DNA of 64,000 nt from positions 9,796,001 through 9,860,000 of the forward strand of contig NC_091999.1 in assembly GCF_044704955.1 (NCBI RefSeq), written 5' to 3'. Both the position numbers and the translations under genes were made by a program. The stretch is from Pristiophorus japonicus. Taxonomy: Eukaryota. The notes under the pieces were generated by a model that worked only from the letters and a program-made list of their open reading frames with translations, was not told where the DNA came from and did not search any database. This document shows, piece by piece, positions 38,108 through 51,525 of this stretch (position 1 is the first letter of the stretch; each line of letters begins with the position of its first letter).

Positions 38108-39523
38108 GGCCGTTGCGGAGCCCGAACCTGTCAGTCCCTGCAAAAGCCCAAAGCAGGACCAGACGAGACCCCGTCAGAGGCTCCTAATGGTTCAACGTCA
38201 CTTCCTGCACTCATTGCTGCAATGACGCAATATCCATTTCACCCACGACATATTAACTCAGATTCAAATGATGGTCCTGGCTCAGTTGAATCCCTTTGAG
38301 CCACAGCATAAAGCAACTCAGAGTGGGCCAGTCACTCAGTGGAATTCTCTGGTGTGAGGAAAGCTTCAGCTTTGCTGAAGTTTGGAGATTGATTTCACGG
38401 GTCCGAACCAGTCACACAGAGTGAGTGAATGTTGGTTCTCTGCTGGCGGTTGACGGCACAGCGAGAGCATTATTTTATTCCCATTGTACCTTTCGTATTT
38501 ATACTCAATTATCCGCTGTGTGCAATAGATTTACTCTGGTCGCTATTTCTAATGAAAGTGTGATAGCATTCAAAAAGTATATGCTCGTGATTGAGTTAAA
38601 ACAGCATTAAGATTAGATTCCCACTGAGAGACCAGAGGAAAGCTTCCCCTCCTGTCTCCACAGCAGAAGGTTAACCAAATCAGACCCCCATCAACCATCT
38701 TAGTCTGAATTGGGAAAGTAAGTGAAATCAACTGAACAACATTATCGCTATACAAACAGATACATTGTCACTTCGTGATAGTAGCTCCTCGTCATCAGAT
38801 TGCTGTGTTGTCAATTTCTCAGAGGGATATATGAGAATATTCCTCAAAATTCTTCCAAAGCCGTAAGATTATCACTTTACTGAGTCTACCAGGAGCCGCA
38901 ATTCCACTGTGCTGAATGATCAAATGGGAAGGATGGTTAGTGCCATGGGAGAAAGTCCCCACCCGTGTTTTAGTTCTTTCTCCCAATCTCTCTCTCTCTC
39001 CCCAATCTCGCTTCCTCTCTTCAGTCTATCTCTCTCCCACCAGTGTCTTTCTCTCTCCATTCCCGTCTCTATCTGTCTCCCCCAAGTCTCTGTCTCTCTC
39101 TGTCCCCAGTCTGTCTTTCTCCCCTAATCTATCTCTCTCTCCCCGTCACTCTGTCTCATGGCCTGCCCCTTTCTCTTTCTCTTCCCCCAAGCCTCTCTCT
39201 CCCCAGTCTCGCTCTCTCTTCCGAGTATGTCTCTCTCTCCCTGTCTGTCTTTTTAACGCTTCTCCTAGTCTCTCTCTCTCGCTCTCCAGTCTCTGCTGCT
39301 CTCTGCCTACCTGCCTCTCTCTCTCTCCCCCCAGTCACTCAATACCTCCGAGTTTTTCTCTCCAACAGAAGGCCGCGAAAATGTCCATCAATATAATCAC
39401 CGCGATATATTAGCCAAAAGTCTAAATCTGCGAAGCAACGTGGTCGACGGTAGCACCAGCCTCCTCACGATACAGCCCACTTGTGGTTTCGGGTCAGAGG
39501 AGCCTGCTCATGCGCGGGACAGG

Positions 39524-39561
<38 letters not shown>

Positions 39562-40040
39562 GGGAGCGGGTGCAGAGGATTGCGGGGTGGGGGTGTCGGT
39601 GTCCATGGCGGCCGTGCGATTGAGCAGCACGTCGGGTGGAGAGCAGGGCGCACATGCGTAGCAGGTCGGTAAAACCGTTTCAAAGAATCACTCCGATTAA
39701 TTAAGCATCGTCGTTCACATTCAAACTCTACCGCTGTCACTTTGAGATTCAATATTATCTCCATCATTCGACGATGTTGGTAGTTCCTCGGAAATGAATA
39801 TGGATCCCTTCCCCAAATATCTGCTGAAATCCTTCGATTAATATCTAGCTGAAGCTAAAACTGTGCTGAAATTAAACACATCTGGTGGTAAGTGATAGTT
39901 GGTGACATGGAAGAAAGTCCTCAACCGGGTTACATTCCATGAGTGCTTCGTTCATTACAGATTTTAATATACCAGAGATATCTTTCGAATGAAAGCTATA
40001 CAAAACTACCATAATTTATATTGCAGTTGCTTTGAGATTT

Positions 40041-41295
40041 GCAGCATGAGGAAATAATTGATCAACGGGATTTGTTGAGGAACGTTCGTGTCTGACTAAC
40101 TTGATTGAATTCCCTGAGGAGGTAACAAGAAGGGTCGATTATGGCAGTGTGTTTGTTGTAGTTTACATGGATTTTAGCAAGGCGTTTGCCAAGCACCCGC
40201 CTATTAGGCTGATCAAAATTGTAAAAGCCCATGGGATGCAAGGCAACATGGAAAATTGGTTCCAAATCTGACTCGGTGGCATGTAGCAAAGGGATCTTTT
40301 TGTGACTGGAAAGCGGCTTCCAGTGGGGTTCCACAGGGCTCCGTATGTGGTCATGTACCTTTTGTCGTATATATTAATGGTTTAGACTGAACTGTAGGGG
40401 GCATGACAACGAAATTTGCAGATGATACAACAAATGACCGCATGTCTGACAGTAAGGATGAATGCCCAAGACTGCAGGAAATATCGATGAACTGGTCAGT
40501 TGGATGTTAAATTGTCAAATGGATTTCAATCCGGAAACGTGTGAAGTAATACATTTGCGGAGGAGCAACAATTCAAGGGAATACATAATAAATGGGAGGA
40601 TACTGAGCGGTGTGGAGGAACAGAGTGACCTTGGAGAAAACGTCCACATATCCTTAAAGGTAGCAGGGCAGGTCGACAAGCTCGTTAAAAGTCATGCAGA
40701 ATTCTGTCCTTTACTGGCCGAGGCATAGAAGACTTTATGTGCAAGAACTTTATACAACATTACTTAGGACACAGTTTGCATATTGCGTGCCGTTCTGGTC
40801 ATTACAATACAGGAAGAATGTGATTGCACTAGAATGGGTGCAGAGGAGATTACGAGGATTTTGGCAGGACTGGGAAATATTATGAGGCTGGGCTTCTTTT
40901 CCTTGGAACAGAGGAGGCTGAGGGGAGATTAATTTAGGAATATACAATAATGAGCGGCCTTGGTAAAGTGGATAGAAAGGAACTATTTCCCCAGCAGAGC
41001 GGTCAAAAACCAGGGCGAATATAATTCACTTATTTGGAAGAAGGATTAGAGGGGAATGGGGACATAATTCTTCACCCAGAGACTGTTGTGAGTTGGAACT
41101 CACTGCCTGAAATTGTCGTAGAGGCAGAAAACCTCATCACATTTTAAATATACTTGGACGTGCAATAAAGAGCTGTAATCTACTGGGCTTAGTGCTGGAA
41201 AGTAGATTTAGGTTTGGTAATATTTTTTTGACCGATATATACACGATGGGCCGAATGGACTACTTCTGTGTCGTAATTTTCTATGATTCTATGAA
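40041..41295 (+). mobile_element. Decayed CR1 3' fragment (cassette copy)
   Basis: MDFNPETCEVIHL, YCVPFWS remnants; TTCTATGATTCTATG tail. Confidence 0.85.
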
Positions 41296-42056
41296 GCGTG
41301 CTCGGGAGAGAATGTGATGATGAAAAGTGCTAAAACAAGAATAATAGCGGGAGGAGTGGAACTTTATGAGTCTCAACAACAGGAACACAGATACAAACAG
41401 GTTTTAAATGTCGCTAGATTTACATCAATCAGGAAAAGCATGGGGCTGATTCCCACGGGACCAGTGAGAAATTCGTGAGCATAGCGTTCTCAGATGGGTG
41501 TAATGAGAACATTTACAATATTCGGATATCATATGAATGGTAACCACTCTAAATATATCTAGGGGTAGTTTGCAGTGCAAAGTCATGGGCAGATGTTGTG
41601 GTGATGCTGATGCCAAATGTCGAGCCTTTTATATCAACACTTACACGGGTATCAACATTAATCAGATGAATTGGAACGTTGAAATTCACAGATCCGCTTA
41701 CAGATTTGACCCTTTCTGATCTACACATTAAACAACAAACCACAATATTCATTCACAACAATTGACTTTCATTCCCTTTCAGGTTAACAGGGGCCGGCTA
41801 GCCTTGATCGTTATATACACACTGCAGACAGTCAATATGTACTGTTCTCCAGCTTTTCCCGGTGTCCAGTGAACCATTTATCTGTGGAAGAACCTTGATG
41901 TAAACTGCTCCCCCTGCTCAGTGAGAAGAAGTAAGAACTGAGAAGCAGCTGCCCATATGCCTGTCATCAACAGCCTTGTTACCTCTACAATAGACTCTCA
42001 CTCATCTACCTGTATGTATTAGAATGAAGAGTTTAGGCTCGGACCTGCCTGTACCA

Positions 42057-42480
42057 GGAGTCAGTCATAGCTGAGTTAAAAGCACTCTCGCCTTTGAATC
42101 CGAAGGTTGTGAGTTCAATTCGCAATCTGGAGACTTGAGCATAAAATCTAGCCCCAAATTCCCCATGTGAGTACTGAGGGAGTGACGCAATGTGAGGGGT
42201 GCCAACTTGCGGGTGAAAGCAAGGCCCTGTCTGCCTTCTCAGGAAGACAGAATATATCTTCACGGTGTCCTGGTCAATATTTATTTCACAATCAACATCA
42301 CTAACACATGTGAACTGGTCATTATGACGCCACTGTTTGCGGGACCCTGGTGGGCGCAGACTGGCTGCTGCGTTTCCTACATTACATGAGTGATGACACT
42401 TCAAAAGTACTTCACTGGCTGTTAGTTACTTAGGGCTGTCATGAAAGGTGCTCTGTCAATAATATTTCCCTTTCTTTACT
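42057..42480 (+). mobile_element. SacSINE1/DeuSINE-like SINE (older paralog)
   Basis: tRNA-like head with GAAGGTTGTGAGTTCAA, Deu-like body. Confidence 0.8.
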
Positions 42481-42677
42481 CGTATAACTGTACTTGCATA
42501 TTTTAATTATATATTTATTATTAATAAACGTCAATAATTGTGAGAATTAAAAGTACAAGATATCACTCAACGCCAACTCAGAAACGCCCTGATCATAATG
42601 TCCGCATGATGCACTGATTGGTTGAGTAACACTCTGACAGCTTATGTGCCGGTCGAACCCCGTTCCGTGTCTCCGTC

Positions 42678-43107
42678 CGGCTCAGTGCACAGCAATGCAT
42701 CGCGGAGTCTGTCACTCGAGTTTCAGACATATTCTGCGGGAGAGTTCGGCTCGAATCATTGAACTTCGCTGAAAAACCGTCCCCTGGAAATCTCCCTCCC
42801 TCTCGCTGCATCTGCTTCTTTGCAGCAAATGCTCAACGGAGGCGTTGGACTACTGACGGTACCTGTATAGGTGAATAGTATCTCCAATTGTCGCTGCATA
42901 ATTACAGTGCAGCTTAACATCGTCTCCTTCACTTACTGTGGTAACAGCCGGCGTCCGTGAAATGGAATCTCCTCGACAATGCCCAGCAAGAGTAGAGAGC
43001 GGTATTAAACTGAAGAGTTTCACTTCACTGTGTCTATCCCCAGAATCAGACAGGTGTGCTCAATAAGTACTTGAGAAGTAAATCAGGGCAGATACAGAGA
43101 AATACAT
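42678..43107 (-). pseudogene. TCR V pseudogene, family A copy 6 (full FR1, ATG leader 43071-43107)
   Basis: Trp41->Arg, frameshift, heptamer GACGGAG (42671-42677). Uninterrupted paralog of copy 0. Confidence 0.88.
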
Positions 43108-43799
43108 TTCCCCAGAGCTCTGGGGCTGCAAGGGGAAGGTATTCCGATCGGTGCAATAAAACCTCTTTTAATTAACTATCAGCAAGGATAGCGATCGACT
43201 TGAGGAATTTATTTTCACCACAGGTCTGCCGAAATGTTCAACTATTTTTCTCTTCATGTGCTCTCCCATTGGATTGTATGTTTCCAACACCATTGTTATC
43301 ATGTTCGGAAACTTGGATTTATCTTTAGAATAAACCGAAATAATTTATCAGAAGTTGTCTCGAGAAACTCAGAAATATTCGGTTTTGATGGAATACGCGG
43401 GATGAAATCACAAACACAGGCATTATGTGGCAAGCATTTCCTGACCCATTAATGGATCGACCAGCAGGATGTTCCCTGAACATCGATCCATGACTTTAAG
43501 GGGAAATAGCTGATCAAAAGCTGAAAGGTCAGTTTAACCCGGCGGTTCATTCTGTGATCGATCTTGCAGAACGATTGGCTTCTGCAGTTGTTTTTTCTGC
43601 CGCTCCTGGAAACAGTTGGGCGACAATTTGATCCGAGGTTAATTTGGTTTCCTCTCGGTGTGTGTTGGATCGCCTGACAGCGCGTTACACATAGTGGCTG
43701 CATCTTCCCGCGATTCCACACAACCCCAACAGACTGCAGCGCCTATCTACAGTCGAATGGCAGTTTATGTACGGGCTGAGACTGCTTTCCATCCCTGGG

Positions 43800-44250
43800 T
43801 GATTCAGTAATACACGGCAGCATCAGCCAGCTGCATCCCGGCGATGGTTAAACACGTGAATTTAGTCGAGGTCTGGAGTTCTGCAGATAAACGAATTCAG
43901 AAACCTTCTCCTTTCTCTTCCTGTGTGCCTGCAGACCATCTCCACACGACAAACTGGGGCACCTTCTCTGCTTTATGCCTGTACCAATATTATGAATAGT
44001 CATCGCCTGTGGTAGTATAGGTACATTTTATAGTCACCGCTTCACCTTCTCTCCTGCTCTCTGAAGATTGGACTTAGTAACAGAATCTCCGACGCACTGA
44101 CCTGTAACATGTGTAGAGGAACAAGATAAGACTGAGTATTAAATTTGTCAGAGAAATGATATTAATATTTTAGTTGCAACACAGCATTATTGAATCATCC
44201 TTACCGCCAATAAAGACCCCAAACACAACCCAAGCGCTGAAGATCTGCAT
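43800..44250 (-). pseudogene. TCR V pseudogene B6
   Basis: Leader 44205-44250 intact. In-frame TAA before Trp41, YYC->YY*, heptamer destroyed (CCCAGGG). Confidence 0.9.
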
Positions 44251-45879
44251 GGCCGTGGCGGAACCCGAAACTCTCGGTCCCTTTAAAAGCCCAATCCAGG
44301 ATCAGACGACACCCCATCAGTAGGTCCTAATGGTTCAACGTCACTTCCTGCACTCATTGCTCCAATGACACAATATCCATTTCACCCGCCGCATATTGAA
44401 ATGAGATTCAAATGATGTTCCTGGCTCAGTTGAATACCTTTAAGCCACAGCACAAAGCATCTCAGGGTGGAATCAGTCACTCAGTGGGAGTATCTGGTGT
44501 GAGGAAAGCTTCAGCTTTGCTGAGGTTTGGAGAATTATTTAATGGGCCCGAACCGGTCAGACTTAGTGATTGTTGATTCTCTGCCGGCGAGTGACGCCTC
44601 AGCACAGCATTAACTTCATTCTCATTGTAAATTGCGTGTGTACACTCAACTATCCGCTGCGTGCAATACATTTACGATGGTTGCTATTGCTAACGAAAGA
44701 ATGAACGCATTCTAAAGGAGAAAGCTAGCGATTTCGGTGAAGCATCTTTCAGATGAGATTTCCCTGAGCGACCGGAGGAAAGCTTCCCCTTGCGTGTCCC
44801 CTGCAGAAGTTTAAGCAAATCCGACCCACATCAAGCATCTCAGTCTGATTAGGGAAAGTAAGTGAAATCAATGAACATCTTTACCGGTATTCAAACATAT
44901 ACATTGTCACTCCGAGACAATATCTCATCATCATCAGATTATTTTGTTGTCAATTTCTCAGAGGGGTCTATGCGAGCTTTCCTCAAATATCTTCTGAAGT
45001 CGTTAGATTATTATTTTGCTGAATCTACCAGGGGGCGCCATTCCACTGTGCTGAAATTATCACATGGGAAGGATGGTTAGTTCCATGCGAGAATGTCCTC
45101 CCCCGTGTTTCGGTCCTCTCGCTCAATCTCGCTCTTTCTCCCCAATCTCGCTCTCTCCCTCTCCCCCAGTCTCTTTCTCTCTCCTCACACTCTCTCTCCT
45201 TCCCCAGTCTCCTTCTCTCTCCATTCATGTCTCCCTCTGTCACTCCCAAGTATCTTTCCCTCTATCACCAGTCTTTCTCTCTCCCCCCTAATCTCTCTCT
45301 TCCCCTTCTCTCTCTCTCACTGCCTCCCACTCTCTCTCGCTCTCTGCTGTCTTTCTGTCTCCCCAGTCTCTCTCTCTCCCGAGTAACTCTCTCTCTCCCT
45401 CCCGATCTCTCTTCTTATACCTTCCCCTAGTCTATTTTTTTTCTCCCCCCCGCCACCCACTCCCTGCTGCTCAAATCCGCCGATTTTTCTCTCTCCCACA
45501 GACGTCCACGAAAATGCTCGTGTCGATAATCACAGCGATATTTTAACCAAAATTCTAAAGTAGCGAAGCACCATGGTCGACAGCAGCACTGGGCTCCTCA
45601 CAATACAGCACACGTCTGCTTTCGGGTTCGAGGAATTATCGCATTCGCGGGAACTAACCACAGCAGAAATAAAATGGCATGTTAATACAAGCGGGTCCTG
45701 AGGAATTTGAGCAAAATGGTACGTTAAATTAGACAACTGCTAACAATTATATGAATGAAATGGGGAAATACTGACAGGTTTGAGTGGTATGGGAGGGTGT
45801 GAACAGCGAGTGGGCTCAGTGGTACAGTGGCGCGCTGCTCATTACAAATATGTACAATAACCATAACACACCATACCGT

Positions 45880-46565
45880 TTTTTTATTGAATCCCAGATG
45901 TGAGCGTCGCCGGGAAGGTCAGTTTTGATTGGCCATAACTCATTTCTATTGAGGTGAGAAGATGGTGGCTTTATTGAACCGGGTTTGGAGGAACACCCGG
46001 TGTGCTAGGAGTTTGACCCAGCAACGATGATGTCGAATGGTGTTGTGCTTCTTGAATGTTGTCGCAGATGCAGTCATCCAAGCAAATAGAGAATATTCGA
46101 TCATACTCCTGACTTGTGCCTTGAACATGTTGCAAAGCCTTTTGCGGGGGTCAGGAGTGGAGACACTCACGGCAGAATACCTAGCTTCTGACCCGCTCTT
46201 GTTGCCTCAGTTTGTAAACGGATGCACCAGTTACGTTTCTGGTCAAACGTGAACCCCAGGATGTTGATGGCTGAGGATTGGGTGATGTTAGTTTCATTGA
46301 ATGCCAAGTGGGATATGATTAGTCTCTCGCTTTTTGTATATAGACATTGCCTGGCATTTGTGTGGTACGAATGTTACTTGCCGCTTATCAGTTGAAAACT
46401 AACTGTCGTAAAGGTCCTGCTGCATGCATGCATAGAGTGCTTCATTTCGGAGGAGTTGCGCATAGAACTGAACACTGTGCAATCATAAGCGAACTTCTGT
46501 GCTCATGATGGAGGGAAGCTCATTGATGAAGTAGCTGCAGATGGTTGGACCTTGAGCTATGCCCT
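45880..46565 (-). mobile_element. Decayed non-LTR retrotransposon fragment (second family)
   Basis: KAQVRSMIEYSLFAWMTASATTFKK is an RT C-terminal remnant; paralog of 3730-4328. Confidence 0.72.
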
Positions 46566-46569
46566 GTAG

Positions 46570-49010
46570 ATTCATCGAATTATCGATTCATAGAATTGTT
46601 GCAGCACGGAAGAAGGCCATTCGGCCCGTCCAACTCGTGACGTCTCTCAGCTAGTACCTCTCCCCTGCCCTTCCACCGTAGCCCTGTATTCTTTACCCTT
46701 TAGGTATTCCCTTTTGAAAGGCAACATTGAGTCTGCCATCACCATCCTTTCAGGCCATGCTTCCCAGATCTTAACCACCCGTGGTGTAAAACAGGTTTTT
46801 TCTTATATCGCCTTTGGTTCTGTCGCCAACCACGTTTAATCTGTATCCCCTGGTTTTCGAAATTTCTGTCAATGGAAAAAGTATCGTTCTATCTACCCTG
46901 TCCAGAACGCTCACGATTTTGAATTAAAAACTCCCATCAATCATCTCTGCCCCAATGAGAACAACCGCAGCTTCTCCAGTCTATCAACATAACTGAAGTC
47001 GCTCATTCTTGGAATGATTTTAGTCAATCTTTTCTGCACATTCTTTAAAGTGTTCATAGCCTTCCTAAAGTCTGGTGCCCAACATTAGATATAGACTACA
47101 GTTGGGTCAGAGCCAGTGTTTTATGCAGGCTCATTATAGGTTGCATACCACTCAAACCTGTCAGTCTCTCCCCATTTCATTCATATAATAGTTGGCGGTT
47201 GTCTAATTTAACGTACCATTATAGGTTGCATTATAGGTTACATTTGCTGCATTAAATTTAATTTGCCACGTGTCCGCCCATTTTACCAGCCTGTCTATGT
47301 CTTCCTGAAGTCTATCACTCTCCTGAAGTCAATTTTCTCTATACTTCCATGTTTTGTGTCAGCGAGAAATGCAGAAATTGTGCCCTGTACAGCCACATCC
47401 ATGTCCAATGATATATAGCAAGAAAAGCTGTGGGCATCGTACCGACCCTATCGAGAACACCATGGTATATCTTTCTCCAGTCCGAAAAATAACCGTTTAA
47501 TACTGCGCAGTTTCCTGTCATTTATCCAATTTGGAATCTCAACTGCCACGGTCCCTTTTTTTCCATGGGCTTCACTTTGCTGCCAAGCCTATTATGTGGA
47601 ATTTTGTCGAGTGCCCTTTTGAAATTTATGTAAACTAGGTCAATCGAATTTCCCTCATCGAACCTCTCCGTTATCTCATCAAAAACTCGATTAAGTTGGT
47701 TAAACACGATTTGCCTTTAACAAGGCTCTACTGGATTTCCTAAATTAATCCACAGGTGTCCAAGTGCCTGTTAACTTTATCCCTGATTACTGTTTCTAAA
47801 AGTTTCCCCACTACCGAGGTTAAAGTGACTGGCCTATAGTTGCTGTGTTTCTCTTTACTCCCTTTTTTGAACAATGACGTAACATTTGCAATTTTCCAGT
47901 TCTCTGGTACCACCACCCCCGTATTCATGGAGGATTATCATTTTATGGCCATTACCTCTGCGATTTCCGCCCTCAATTCCCCCAGCCTCCGAGGATGCAT
48001 CCCATCCGCTCCTGATGATTTATGTTCCTTAAGTACAGCCAGCCTTTTTAATACGTTTCTTTTTCAATTTTTATCCCATCAAGTGTATCCATTACCTCCT
48101 CCTTCACTATGTCTCTGGCAGCATCCTACTTATTGTCGAAAACACGTGCAAAATATAATTTCGTCCATCAGCCAAATGCTTTGACTCCATGCATAGATCT
48201 CCTTTTTGGTCTGGAACCGTTCCCACCATTTCTCTTACTAATCTTTTATTATTTATATGCGTAAGGAAGACTTTTGGATTCGCGTTTATGTTAGTTGCCA
48301 TTCTATTATCACATACTCTCTTTGCCCCATGTATTTTCATTTTCGCATCTCCTCTGACCTTTCCGTATAGTTCCTGATTCTCAGATGCTTTTGCAACCTG
48401 ACATCTGTCATATGCGTGTTTTTTCTACTTCATCTTATTTTCTATCTGTTTCGTTATCCATGGAGCTCTGACTTTAATTGCCCTCCCTTCCCCTCGTCGG
48501 AATGTACCTTGACTGTACACGAATAGTATCCTCTTCAAAGGCAGCCCATTTTTCCTTTCGAGCTTTGCCTGCTAATCTTTGATTTGAGTTTACACGGGCC
48601 AGATCCAATCCGATCCGATTGAAATTGGCCTTGCCCCAGTTAAACATTTTTACTCGAGATCACTCCCTGTTCTTTTAGATAGGTAATGTAATCCTTATGA
48701 TACTATGATCACTGTTCCCTAAATTTCACCTACTGCCATGCACTCCACTTGAACTATATCGTTGCTCAGGTCCAGCTACAGCCAGGCCTCATCCATCGTC
48801 GGGCGCTAAACATATTGATCAACAAAAGTCTCTGTAACACACTTCAAAAATTATCCCCCTTCTCTGCCTTTTACACTGTTATGATCGCGGTCTATATTGG
48901 ATAGCTGAAGTCTCCCATTATTACAACTCTAAAGTTCATGCACCTCTCTCTAATTACTCTGTAAATGCGTTCCTCCATATCTTTACCACTCTTTGAAGGT
49001 CTATAGAATA
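46570..49010 (-). mobile_element. Old decayed CR1 LINE (ORF2 region)
   Basis: PENWKIANVTSLFKKGSKEKHSNYRPVTLTSVVGKLLE; VYINFKRALDKIPHNRL; CATAGAAT-type tail. Confidence 0.88.
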
Positions 49011-49159
49011 GCTATATAATATATTTCCTGAAGACCTTATAACCAGGAATATTTACCACACAATCATGCCCATTTTTGTGCCACTTCTCAGTTAATGCCA
49101 CAACAGCATATTTCCATGTTGCTGTTTGTGCCTATAGCTCAATTACCTCTCTCTATAAA

Positions 49160-49720
49160 TCACACTACACCCTGCCTTAGTTGTCACTGCGCGAGACCAT
49201 GTGGCAGTTTATATTACACTCGGCTGTGCCTCATTTATTTCTGCTTTAGTCCATGCCTCTGTTCATATTACACCATGACTTTTCTCAACTATTACTGCAC
49301 TGAGGCATGCCTCTGTTTATATTACACTAGAACCTGTCTCAGGTATTACTGCACTAGTCCATGTCGCTGTTTATATGACACTAGGCATTTTCTCAGCTAT
49401 TACTGCACTGGGGCATGCCTCTGTTTATATTACACTAGGCCCTGTCTCAGCTATTGGTGCACTTTACAATGTCTCTGTGTTTCTTGCACTAGACCATATC
49501 TTTTATATATTCGACGAGTACCTGTTTCTATTTATATTGCAGCAGGTTCTGTCTCTGTTTTTGAACACAAGACCATGTCTCTGTTCATTCTACACCGGGA
49601 CAGTATTCAATTAATAATCCTCTGGCATGTCTGATTTTATATTTCACGAGACCATGTTTCTTTAATACTGCACGGGATACTGAATCTTTCAACATCAGAC
49701 TAGGCCCTACTTCTGTTTTA
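49160..49720. repeat. Degenerate 27-bp minisatellite with 54-bp dimeric higher-order unit
   Basis: TATTACTGCACTGAGGCATGCCTCTGT alternates with TTATATTACACTAGAACCTGTCTCAGG. Confidence 0.8.
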
Positions 49721-51023
49721 TTATATTATAACGTTACTTTGTTATATGAATACAGGAAGTCGGACATTGACATAAACAAAGAGGTATCTTTGCGTGGGCA
49801 GGGAATGCAATAATACTTGGATGGAAACAAACGTTTAGAATTTTTTGTATGCTATCCGCAACTGCATGGAGTCTCTAATTGATCTGGTATTATGTCGATA
49901 ATCTTTGTGTTGAAGGCGTGGCGTGAAACTTGAAGCAATGTCCGAGAGATGAATGATGATTGAGGGACAGGTCTAAAGATGAGCAACAGTGCTCCGCACT
50001 TTGCACTAATTAGTGGAAAGCCCCGTTGTCCAAAAGTTTACTAATTGACACTTATATTATACTGTGTCAGTTGCTCAGTTTTATAATGTTAAAGTTTGTG
50101 ATTCCTGCAGTATTTTCCATTGAGCTTTCGCGTGGCCCACTGATTGTTATAGACACAGCCTGGAGCCGTGACATCATAGCGCCGACAGATAGGCGGCCGT
50201 AGGGCACTAATATCCACCGGTCCACTCTGCATTGTGGGAAGCTCGATCATTGTTTATATTACAGCAAATAACAGTGCGCAATTTAACTGAACCACTGAAC
50301 GATGATTTAATCCAGTCTCCTGAGGGTAAACAACTACAGGAACACATTTCTCCTTACAAGACTATTAGCACAATCACAGATTTATTTGAAGTTTAACTAA
50401 GGCATGCAACTTAAAAGATGCATTCAGAGACCAGATCAGCAAGGATCGCGATTGAATTGAGAAATCTCTCTATTTTCTCCACAGGTCTGCCGAAATGTTC
50501 AACTATTAATCTCTTCATGTGCTCGCCAACAAATCAGGATTGTGTCCTTCCAGCACCTCATGTTATCAAATTCGGAAACTGGATCTATCTTTAGGTAAAA
50601 CTAAAATAATGTGTCGGAAGATTTCCCCAGAAACTCCACACATTAAATATTCGGTTTTGACGGAATGCGCCGGATGAAATCACAAACACAGGCAGAATGT
50701 GGCAATCATTTCCTGCCCCATTGACGGACAGACCAGCAGGACATTCCCTGAACATCGATCCATGACTTTAAGGGGAAACAGCTGATCAGAAGCAGAAAGG
50801 GCAGTTTAACCCGTCGGTTCGATCTTGCGGGCCGATTGGCATCTGCAGTTTCTTTTCTTGGCCGCTCCTGGAAACAATTGGGCGACAGTTTGATCAGAGG
50901 TTAATTTGGTTTCCTCTCGGTGTGTGTTTGAGCGCCTTACAGAGCGCTGCACATTATGGCTGCATCTGCCGGCGATTGCACACAACCCCAACAGTCAGGA
51001 GCTCCGGTCTACAGTCCAATGGT

Positions 51024-51062
51024 AGTTTATGTACGGGGGTGAGACTGCTTTCCATCACTGTG
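51024..51062 (-). other. 23-RSS of B7 (CACAGTG-23-ACATAAACT)
   Basis: Heptamer 51056-51062, nonamer 51024-51032. Confidence 0.92.
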
Positions 51063-51525
51063 TGTCTGACAGAGCGCAGTAATACACCGCAGTGTCAGTC
51101 AGCTGCAGCCCAGCGATGGTTAAACTCGTGGATTTAGTCGAGGTCTGGAGCTCTGCAGAGAAACGGGTTCCAAAACCTTCTCCTTTCTTCTCCTGTATGT
51201 CCCAAGACCTTCTCCACACAACAAACTGGGGCGCCTTCTCTGCTTCTTGCCGGTACCAATGTAAGTAATAGCCGTTTTTTGTCGTATGATAGGTACATTT
51301 TATAGTCAGCGCTTCACCTTCTCTCCTGCTCACTGAAGACTGGGATTGAGTAACATAATCCCCTTCACTCTGACCTGGAACATGTGTAGAGGAACAAGAT
51401 TAAACCGAGCAGTAAAAAAGTGTCAGTGAAATTATATTAACCCTTTCGTTTAAACGCAGCATTATTGAATCATCCTTACCGACAATAAACACCGCAAACA
51501 CAACCCAGCCGCTGAATATCCTCAT
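51063..51525 (-). CDS. TRAV/TRDV: TCR alpha/delta-type V gene B7, apparently functional, more divergent (leader 51480-51525, V exon 51063-51374)
   Basis: MRIFSGWVVFAVFIV; LTIKCTYHTTKNGYYLHWYRQE..DTAVYYCALSD. Confidence 0.92.

Larger units (their letters stand above)
9845..45650. repeat. Tandem array of ~6.1-kb V-gene cassettes (about six copies)
   Basis: Family-B heptamers at 13156, 19307, 25441, 31542, 37642 and ~43790 (spacing 6100-6151). Near-identical ORF translations recur in each unit. Confidence 0.95.

Noticed and set aside
49160-49720. CRISPR-like array
   Set aside because: Vertebrate context; degenerate tandem units without unique spacers.
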